Source of the DNA: Oopsacas minuta
Lineage: Eukaryota; Animalia; Porifera
Length of the DNA stretch: 64,000 nucleotides
Direction: 5' to 3'
Assembly: GCA_024704765.1 (NCBI GenBank)
Contig: JAKMXF010000299.1
Span: 1,002,556-1,066,555, forward strand
Shown: in pieces, positions 53,828 to 64,000 of the stretch
How the letters are laid out: every line of letters begins with the position of its first letter
Numbering within the stretch: position 1 is the first letter of the stretch
Translations under genes and position numbers: made by a program
The notes under the pieces: model-generated
The model's database searches: none
The model's input: only the letters and a program-made list of their open reading frames with translations
What the model was told of the DNA's origin: nothing

Positions 53828-55815
53828 GTTGTTACCCACAGCCTACGAAACTAAAGCCTATCCACGGTCTAGAATTTCATGGACCATGGATTACTTCAAG
53901 TCCATTAAATTTGACTTGCAATTTTGTTTTTATCGGTAAAACAAAATCAGTGCATTTTGGCTCGAATAAATGTATAATTGATGGTTGATAAATAAAAATG
54001 TCATATTATCCAACTATTACCAGTTCGAAATGACGTTATCTGTTTGGTTAGAAAGGTAAAATGTTGTTAAAATGCACTATTTTAAAGCTCTGATAAACGA
54101 TCACTATTGAGTCCTCGATTCCAGAATTTATATCAGGTGATCTAAGGATGTTTTGTAAAAATTAAAATTTTTGGAATTATTAAGTTGGAAGAAAATTGTA
54201 GTTAACTAGGATCATTGTTTACATACATATAAATTAACAACGATCTCATCTTAAATGTGGCACAATAATATGCTTTTCTGCACCACACCACCCACAGACT
54301 ACCACACGATATTCATAATTAGAATTTTAATCAATATTTAGAAATAATGATCTACGGCTATGAGATAACTATACATAGTTGTATTACCTATAACTACGTT
54401 TCGGCATATATAGTGGGAATGCGTGGCCGAGATAAAGCTAAGTGTGACATTACAATTCATGATATACTAAATAGTTTTCTGGTAGTTACACTGATTCAGT
54501 TAAATGACTTTAGAGTTTCATTTGCTTTTAGCACATTGATGTTGAGCGTCAAAATTGTTGTTATTGGAGGGAGATTGAGGGGATTACAATAGTATTCCAA
54601 CTTCATATATAGCGCGATGTCATTCTGGGATTCTTGGAGTATATCTATTAGTTGAACGCGTATTATTCCCAGACTCTCAAGTTCGCCCTGCTTTTATATA
54701 CTAAACCATTCTTTAGCATGAGATTTTCAGATTTACTCCTGATCTTTTGTTTTAATGACTCCGATGAAGTTGGTGGATATGGCTTGTAAGTTAGATTTTG
54801 GACAACATACTAGTGAAATTCATCCTCCGAAAGTAAAGAATTAGATTGAATAGAACAAATATAAGTTTGAGAGCTGAAAAGTAGAAAAGATAGTTTATCT
54901 CTATATAGTATTTACAATTTGGTAAATTCAATTTTACAGAAGCTGTAATAAAATACCTATCTATAACAAATTGACTCTTATATATATCGAAGTCATTTGT
55001 TACAGTTAGTCAATTTTTTACGAAACAGATCTCTTTTACCCCCAGTATGAATATTAAGATTGTTTAAAGCGAATCTTGTTGAAATGTTTTCATATCCATA
55101 TACGTGCCACAAGTGGGACAAGTGGCACATCACTAGAGTAAGGGAACCAGAATGGAATACGTCATGGAAATCTTTGAGATTCTCTAAATTGACTTTTAAA
55201 TATTGCATATTAAAAGATTAAGTCAATTTCCCCCTATTATATTCACAAACATAGTTGCGGAATATATTTGATATGTGCCACTTCTGCCATATGTGGCACA
55301 AATATGAAAATGCCCAATAAGTCAACAAGATTTGTTCTAAACAATTTTTAATATACATACTGGGGTAATACACCCCCATAGAATTCCAATATGCTATCAA
55401 CATTGTTCCATCTCATTTGAATTCTGTGCAATCTGCAATTGAATATATAATTAGCTCATTATCTATTTAAATGAGCAGAGTGTGGCTAGAAAACTATAAT
55501 TGGAATGAAATTCATAGATTTAGTCAGGACAATGTTAACAAACAGAGTAAAATTGTTCTTTAGGGTTGTCTTGTTGGAATATTTCTAAAATGAATACTTT
55601 ACAAGAAGAGTAAAAATATTGTGTCTGCAAGACTACGCCCTTTAATCGTCGATGTACAAAGAAGAATTGGTACGTAATTCTGAAAACTTCATCATAAATA
55701 TTCGCCGATTTTTATCAAAGCCATTGTTAAATATTGAATGCTTTCAACTAATGATGATGAGTCGATTTTCTGTATTATATATTATTGTATGATCTAACCA
55801 ATTTAAAATAGTATA

Positions 55816-55957
55816 CAGTGCAACCTCGATTTCCCGAACTTGCTCCCTGGCCCTAGTTCCTATTCCACTATGTCTAAACGACCTCGATAATCTGAATTTT
55901 TATTATCCGAACGCCTTTGACAGGTTTCAACTAGTTCGGACAATCGAGTTTGCAGTG
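55816..55957. mobile_element. Short pogo/Tigger-like MITE
   Basis: CAGTGCAACCTCGATTTCCCGAAC vs reverse-complement CACTGCAAACTCGATTGTCCGAAC, with TA flanks. Confidence 0.75.
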
Positions 55958-58095
55958 TATAGCCCTATAATAGCATAAGGAGCTTGTCTTACAATAATCA
56001 TGGGTGAATATCATATTATGATAATATATTTCAGAAGTTCTAAAATAAACTATAATGGAGTGTTCACTATTTAATTCCTTAAGATAAAATTTACGGCCTT
56101 GAAGTACAAGTTTTTTATTCGATGCCGTGTTTTACACACCAACAAGCTAGTCCAAATATAAACAGAAGATACTAAAGTAAGTTCATTAGTATTAGTAATA
56201 CAGGTAGCACCTATAAGTTGAAACAGCCACTACATTTTACAGATCCCCAAGGTAAATTCACCACCACCTACCCTGTACATCCGATTTTCGCAGCCAGAGG
56301 GAGTATCCATGAGAAGATGTCATTAAGTACAACAATATTCTAGGTATCATCTATACTATATAGTTATATGCATAAATAGACTATTTATGTGTATATGGCA
56401 AATGATTTCAATAATATTTTGAATAGATGACCATCTTTGATGGGAATAAATTGTGTTTCTTCTTCCCCATTTCCCATTAAGTTTTCAACAGCAATTTTCG
56501 CCCGCAAATAATTTCATAACTCGGCCTTTATTCAATCTAGATTCAGAGATTCAACAGTTTGGATAGATCTCAACCTACAGACCATACCGGATCAGCGTTA
56601 AATTTCAAAAGGATCCGACAACTGAACATGTAACAGATCTCTGGGATATACTTTCCCTCTAAAACTGTATTGAAACTTGCCAACTGTACTGATTTGGCCA
56701 GTTATTCCGATTATTTCGTCATATGTACACTTAGTGCTTCACTGTATTTTCGAATTTTTCTACGATCCCCTCCCAAAGTCATGTCAAATCTCGAGATGGT
56801 TAGTAGTTATGGTATTGTGAAATATAAGTACAGTCAACACCCGGTAACGAATGTTCGAATTAACGGATGACCTCCATTTAAGTTCCAACTTTTCCACTGT
56901 TACATTGATTGAAATGATCTTTTCGAAAAATGTTATAAAAGCATTCATATCCAGATAATACTTCGATATAGTTGGAGTATAACTAGCTTGTGTAATTTAT
57001 GCAAATTTGTGAATTTAAGCAGTTATTTCTATATTCTTGTTCGACTGAATTAATAATCCTGTAACAAGGGCTGGGGTTGGTTAACGGAATTTTGTAGGTG
57101 TTAAACCTTATCAAAAATATTTGTTAACCAGTTAAGCGATGCAATTATTCCCAAATAACAGTAAAGTTTGGTGACTGAAATAGAAAATATAAATACGTAC
57201 CATTATATATGCATATTGATTGTAACTTACAAAATGATTTAAATTTGAGAATATGGGCCTAAAATGTAACTACACGAGTGTGAAGTTGGCTGAATATTCG
57301 ACCAGTGTAGTTTAATCATTAATTTGACTAACTCCCCATAGTCAGGATGTAAATTTTTTGACCATTCGAAAAAAGTAATACGGACGTTTCTGAAAATGAA
57401 TTTATATTTATATACTTGAATTTTTTCTAATAAAAATTGGTGCATCTAACGAGCAGTAGTTATCATTTGAATCTAGCATACTGGCATGGATTCTTGCTAT
57501 ATGGACGTTTATGTGTTTAAAATATGATATTAAAATAGTCAAAACCTTTTGAGATATTTTGGTTTGAAAACTGGCTTGTTAGAATCGAGTCTCTATTAGA
57601 TTTGTACCAAGCAGACAATTATAATGAAATATCCATTCTTACTATGGTAACGCATACAGATTACTACAATATCAACTGTTTGATGTAATATGAAATAATT
57701 TGAGAATCTAATTATAGTTTTAATTATTGGTGAATTGATATTCAGTTCAATAAATACGAAAACATTCATTAAAATCACACAATACATCAAAGTATAAGAT
57801 TGAATTATCCTAGCATAGTATTGATTTGTAGTGTTACGAGTTGATGGATTTAGTTGTTGTGTACCTCTCAAGTAGGCAGCAGAAGTTATGAATCTATAAG
57901 GACTCACATTTATATTCTAGGTTAGATTATTTATCTTCACTTTTACTGTTATCAAAGTCTGTTTCTATTGTTCTTACTGGTGCCTTTCATTGTTCATTCC
58001 TCGTAGGGCGTAACATTATGCTTCAGAGATACGCTATGTTGCAGAGCATTAAAGAAGCGCGCTCCTATTTAATTACAAACAATTAAGAAATTTCA

Positions 58096-58592
58096 GTGTC
58101 TGACTGAATGGTGTAAACTGGTGGAAAGTGATGGAATTTCTAAAGATCGACTGAATGGTGGAAAGTGGTGGAAAATAGACTGAATGGGGGAAATCTTCCT
58201 ATTATATACTCTACATTATAAGATATCATCACCTTTCTAATATATCTTCGCATTTTGAGTATCGCTCCAACAGGGATGGCCAATTGGCATGGATGTGCTA
58301 TGTGCGTATATCCGTTCGTCCACCAATCCTGCAAAATATAATAGACCATATAGGGTACATAGGTACATTTTGAGATGGAGATTTCCACCTACGTTGTATA
58401 AAATCTTAAACTATGGGATTATCGCACAAAATATAAGTCTCTCATGTTAAGCAAAGTTAGAAGTCATAAATAATAAGGTTATAGCTATTACTAATATAAA
58501 TTAAAATAAGGATTTTTCACCATATTCCACTACTTTCCTCCATTAACTAGATTTTTAAAAATTCCTCCATTTTCGACCATTCAGTCAGACTC
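58096..58592. mobile_element. MITE of undetermined superfamily
   Basis: Inverted GTCTGACTGAATGGT at both ends, subterminal TGGTGGAAAG / CTTTCCTCCA-type repeats, and a degenerate 8-bp TSD. Confidence 0.65.
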
Positions 58593-59113
58593 CAAATTCA
58601 TCAGTATTTTGTTGACATGGGGTTTTTGTATTATTATGAATAACTCTATTATAGCTAAGCTAAATATAAGGATCATATCTATGAATACATAAATGAGGGG
58701 TAGGACACCAGGAATTCGCCTAAATCTACTTAATTAATGTATTTAAGTAATCCAGAGCCTCAAATACACTGTGTTTTAATTAAAGATTATACATGTGGGC
58801 GGTTTGTTGCTACCTAGAAGCGAGACACAAGTGTATCTACACTCACTACGCCCTCCAAGCATTTCAATATACGTTTATAGAACACAACCAACTCCTGTTA
58901 TATCTAACTTCAAAATATGTTCCTCCTGGCCTAAAATAAGAGCTTCAGTTATGAATACATGCTCTGTGAACATCATATATTGAAATTGGCACACAGATTT
59001 AGCAAACAAATCAAACCTGGGAGATTACTTTACAAAATTACTGCTACTTATATGTAAATTTACCATGAATACTGTCTCTACCCCAAGGCCTGGGGAGTCC
59101 AGAGACTCCAGAA

Positions 59114-59581
59114 CAGTGCCGTATCCAGGGGAGGGATTTGGACGTTCAAACACCCCCTCGTAACTGGTTTCCAATGAGATATATGATTATTTATAATTCG
59201 ATTTTCCTTAATAACCGCAGAGCTTTTGGAATCTTATTTACAGAATGCCATTCAATTTTCAAAATTACTTTTTTCAACGAGTTTTCCAGACGATTTCCCA
59301 GAAGACTCCAGATTATTGTGTATTAGCAGAGTAATTTGTATTCACTAAATAGTATAAATAATTATGTAACAAAAGCATCACGTTATCTAAAAATAAACAT
59401 CTAAATAACTTTGGTACAGCTTCACAATATTACACTCATCCTACTATATGACTAGAATAGCTGTACATCGATCTTTGAGCGTCTAAGATTCAAAAGGTTT
59501 TCAGGGGGGCTTGACCCCAGACCCCCTTACCGTCGCTCGCTCCAGAGCACCCCATTTACGATAAACCTGGATACGCTACTA
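59114..59581. mobile_element. hAT-like MITE
   Basis: CAGTGCCGTATCCAGG vs reverse-complement TAGTAGCGTATCCAGG, flanked by duplicated CAGAA. Confidence 0.65.
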
Positions 59582-60087
59582 CAGAACCCCAAGGTATCCA
59601 AGCTTGGCCTTATGTTAGTTTAAGTAGACTCTGCTTAACAAGACCACATTGGTACCAGGCCATTTTGACTCGATAAAGCGGAATAAAGGTTTTGGACCGA
59701 TTAATCGGAGTTATTAATACTATTTGTATCGTTCTGCTTCTGGCCAAGTGACCCGATTAAACAATGGCTCTATTAAACATAGTCTACAGTAGTTCCAGAC
59801 GATGTTCTTTTAACCAGAAAATACATTTACCGCTTATGTCAAAGCAATAACTTCTTACAAAGCCATCAGTTTATTCAATTATCCACAAAATCTAATCCGG
59901 TTAAGAGAGGAACACACATTGGCCCATTTAAGTTTGATATAGCGGAAGTTGAGTGTAGGTTCAATTTTACCAAAAACCAAATAAAAGAACGCATAAAGTT
60001 TACAACGTAGTAGTAATTGGGCTACACACCCGTCAACATATAATCTAATAATTTTGAATTTCTATTGCTAGACTTCTATTGTTGTAC

Positions 60088-60960
60088 CTATACTAGAATC
60101 TTGTCAAAAGTTTCTAGAACAGATTCATAATGATTACCTGTATGTACATTATATATTGATCCATTAGCATTAGCGGGAGTCGAATTCAATACCTCATCAA
60201 ATGAAGAACCTTTGTCGGAGAATACATTGCAACAATTTCCAGTCTCTTTCACAAACACCCATATATCAGTCTTATATAGAAGCGCTGCTGTAAATAGTTC
60301 CAAATCTTGGACTATACTAAACTAGAACTGACAATTTCGGTTGAATGCTCAATAGATAAAACATTACACAGTAATATGAAGACTCGATTAATTTCTCCCA
60401 TCGCAATACTCCTCAAAATTGCAGCAAAAGCATGCAGTATTTGTTGTTTTAGAGTTTTATCTATTCTAAATGTTTTTGTCAAGTTATGACTCAGCTTATG
60501 CATTATATGAGCAGAACACAAATGAATAACAGTTAAGACATCCACATCAACCGATCTTTCGTCTGAATTTAGAATTATCCAACAACGCTCTAGATACCCT
60601 AAAATATTATCTTTATTAAATGCTATACACGTATTCTGAATTAATCCCCAACCGTAATCTATTTCCACTCTTGTAATGATTATTTCTTTGTGCACAAAAT
60701 ATATTTATTATTATGCTTTAACTCTACAACATCTCGACTACCATATTACACATATCCCTGTAGCAGATATGAGAAGTTAGGACAAAGGAACTGTTGAGAT
60801 GATCTACTTCCTTAGCAAATGGTACTTGAATTCAATGTTAGTTCTGTCAATTGCGAGGTCGATGCAGGATTAGGATTATGCAGCCTAGAGTACACATCAT
60901 GTTTGGCTACAGTCATCAACTTCGGGGCCAAAAGTAAATCATTCAAACTGTTCATGTTTA
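60088..60960 (-). pseudogene. MULE-like (NOF/Rehavkus-type) transposase remnant joined to an OTU C-terminal half
   Basis: EIDYGWGLIQ..FN..YLERC..IHLCSAH (CxxH) in ORF 60312-60695. ELFTAALLYKTDIWV..SIYNVHTGNHYE in ORF 60088-60303. Family assignment is from recalled motifs. Confidence 0.55.
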
Positions 60961-60984
60961 TCGAAGAACTAATACAAACAATCT

Positions 60985-61616
60985 CACCAATTACCGGGTT
61001 GATGTCCCTCCCACTGAAAAAGTCAAATATCCTGGAAAAATCATGGTATGGGGCGTGATGTCATACCAAGGACTCTCAGATCTCCATATAATCCCCCAAA
61101 GACAAACTGTGCCATCAGAATATTATGTAAAAGTCCTATTGAAACTGTCTCTAACATCCAGCATACTTCAAACGAGAGATTCAGAGACGATCATAGAGAG
61201 AAAATTGTTGCCAGATAGGTCCCAAGCAATTTTTCAACAAGATGGAGCCCCGCACATACTTCCAAAAGAAGCCAGGAGTGGTTGAAAAACAATATGGCAG
61301 GTTTGGGACAAAAGAATTATGGCCTCCGAACTCACCAGACTTAAATCCTTCGAAAACCTCTGGGCTATTTTGCAAACCAAGCTAGATGCAAAGGAGCGCG
61401 CAACCAACCTAAAAGTTTTAGAAAAACAGTTAAATTTGGTCTGGAAAGAAATCTCACCGGAGACACTAGAAAGACTCATAGCTGGGATGCTTGGTCGAAT
61501 TGGAAAATGTCTAAAACTGCATGGAGATTACATAGGAAAGTAACACCAGATCTATTTAGATAAAACTAGAGAATAGCGGGGGTTTTAAAAAGGGATATCA
61601 ATTTCTTAACACCCTG
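60985..61616 (+). mobile_element. 5'-truncated Tc1-like DD37E element
   Basis: KVKYPGKIMVWGVMSYQGLSDLH, FQQDGAP and PPNSPDLNPFENLW. 3' TIR ..TTAACACCCTG followed by TA. Same family as 8246 and 51159. Confidence 0.85.
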
Positions 61617-64000
61617 TACTATGATTACACTTTTGTCGCCAAATACTTGGAGGTGTGTTATCAAGTGCTGGTATAGGAAATATTCTCAACACATTTGGTC
61701 CTGTGCATTCAAAAGTTAGGAATAGCTTAGGAATTGCTAAAGCAGGAAAATTAGTATTTATATACAAGCTGTTGAATCCCCACGAATAATATCTCCCAGT
61801 TCTTCATAAATACGTACTCTAGTTTTTCACCTTCTTCATTAATAAATTTTTAGTTATTCGGATTCATCAGTGACTAATATTCTATTATACATACATTGCG
61901 AATTTATGGTAGAATTCCACGTGATTATGAGTAGATAAAAATAAACAGAAGACTAAATGTGATAAATGAAATAAATGCAATAATCTGATTTAAATCAGAA
62001 AAATCATGATTTTTTATTTTTTTAATAAATTCATGAACTTCCAACCCTATGGCATCGAGGGAGTACAAATCCAAACTCTTAATACAAGTCTTATTGACTA
62101 AGGTTTGTTGTCTATTTTCAATATACAGTATTTCTCGAAAGTACTTCTGGACGATTATATATTTCGAGGATCCTTCAGGGGTGCGATTATTCGAAGAAGA
62201 GCTACTTACTATTCGAGGAAAAAGGTATCTAAATTCTGCCCAATATATCAAAGATTGTATTATTTCTCCACATTGTATAATTATATTTTCGTTTCGACCC
62301 TCCTTCTATGGAACCAAATAGTTTGATTACTTCAAGTGGAATCAATATTTCAAAATTTAACTTCATTTCTGTCTAGTTAAATTATTTCCGTCTCATCGGA
62401 ATGTGTGTTAGATGTATAGTAATCAATTGCTATAACAAAAGTTAGATTATCTTGACACGTTTTCTGGCGAGTACGACGCATGTAATATATTTATGCTCCA
62501 TTTTAGTTCCACGAGTCCCACTTTTTAGTTTCAATTCATACAAAGAAGTTGTGAGTTCACTTTCTGTTGGCCCTGGCGTTAGCGGTTCTATTTGGGGCAT
62601 TATTTGTAAAAAACTACATGGCTGCAATAAACGGCTCAACGAAAATCAATTATTTGAAAATTGGAAAATAATTCGCACAATAAGCGTGTGTTATTCGAGC
62701 GAGTAATTTATCCATCAGTCTCGCCTCAGCCATCTATAGATTTCACACCGTGTAAATCGCGTCCTCAATGTCTACGATCCCCACAAAGTACAACGAAATC
62801 ATTGATTGTGGGTATAGTCTCAACTCTTTCTCGATAGAGGATTCGCCACTCTTCAAACTGCCAGAATGTATCGAGATACTGTCCATTGCCTGGAATCTGC
62901 ATCTTCTTTTCATGATAATCATGAGGGTATATGTTGAGGTTCAATTGAACAGGATTTGTTAGATGTCAGGCTAATGGTAATTTGGTCTTCAGCTGGATCT
63001 AACCCAACTCATTACTATGATTTGAGGGATGACCAATGTAGTATCAACCTTTGCGGATGTAATGATAGTCAGATATTATTATTACAACAATCACCAGGCT
63101 CAGTTATGAAATTATTGTTGTAACTTTTACCGTTATCTGAGTCCAAATTCTTACGAAAATTTTGGGAATTTGAAAGTATAAAATTTGTACAGTGTAGTTC
63201 ATTCGCAAATATATTTCCAAAAAGTTAATATGAACATCAAGTATTGAGCAGACAACCTTGTTGGTAATGTGGATGGTTCTACATAAAATTGATAGTATAT
63301 CATATATTTTTGTTTGAGAATAAGTACTGCTTCTGACCAAAGATCAGATGAGTAAATTTGTTCATTGGATAGTCAAATTGCGAGACCAGTTTCATGTATA
63401 GATATTGAGGCATTTAATGCTGTCCATACTAATTGCATTAATACTAGAATATGTGGAATATAAAATTTCCCCGGATTGTCCCCAACCCCTGGCCCTGAAA
63501 ATATTCCTCATCATCTGTTGATGAGGATTTTGCAGATGAAGATCCTATCAAGTGCAACAATATTATTAAAAATACAGTTAATTACCAAATAGTCCCGTTA
63601 TATGATAAATCTGATGAATTTCTTATGTCACTGAGTCGATCGTCAATGGTGAATTTCTTCTTGAGATTGGTCAATCGGATAGTATACATTTTATCGATTT
63701 ACATGAAGAGAAAGGTTGAATAGAGATTAGACAACTGTGTTTAGCAATTAATTATCTAAAATATATCTTGCATGTGATCTTAAATTTCACAATTATTGCT
63801 CTAAAATTTCTTCCAGTCGTAAAATAAATGCGCCCTATTTTCGAGCATCTGCTGAATGCAAGTTTTATAATTTTACAAATTTGAGTTTAGTGTTGACGAG
63901 ATTGTACTACAAATATAATGACAATAGAATCTGGAGTAAGTGGTTCACTCTCCTTGCAACTTTCTGATGGAGAGACTGTAAATGTACCTTGGGTCAATTA

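Noticed and set aside
55060-55400. Paired TGTGCCAC..GTGGCACA palindromes and a CxxCxxC word suggesting a Merlin-type Zn ribbon
   Set aside because: Too short and too degraded, with no downstream transposase motifs.
1-64000. Alternative genetic code or programmed readthrough suggested by many in-frame stops
   Set aside because: All three stop codons and many frameshifts occur in the TE ORFs, and CREB3 reads cleanly in the standard code. Neutral decay explains the pattern.

Overview
AT-rich eukaryotic (animal) DNA, almost entirely a graveyard of nested, mostly decayed DNA transposons. It contains one clearly intact host gene, an intronless CREB3/OASIS-type membrane-bound bZIP factor (41599-42696, minus). 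Elements with terminal signatures readable by eye: a P element (2494-5887, 7-bp TSD); a Helitron (about 19341-32768, minus) interrupted by a Chapaev3 element and by a hAT that itself contains a Tc1; a DD34D mariner containing a near-intact DD37E Tc1-like element; further DD37E elements; and many MITEs. A ZBED-type hAT, a Ginger-like integrase element, a NOF/MULE-like remnant and an NHL-repeat pseudogene are recognised from protein motifs only. The most notable result is that three unrelated transposon types carry C-terminal deubiquitinase-like protease domains: the Helitron (OTU in frame with the helicase, recoverable only by removing the hAT), the Ginger-like element (USP/C19-like) and the MULE-like remnant (OTU). 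There is an 874-nt N gap at 22961-23834. No rRNA, tRNA or CRISPR array was seen. The TE mix and NHL subfamily resemble a glass sponge (Oopsacas-like) genome, but that is inference only. All alignments were done by eye, so coordinates may be off by a few bases.
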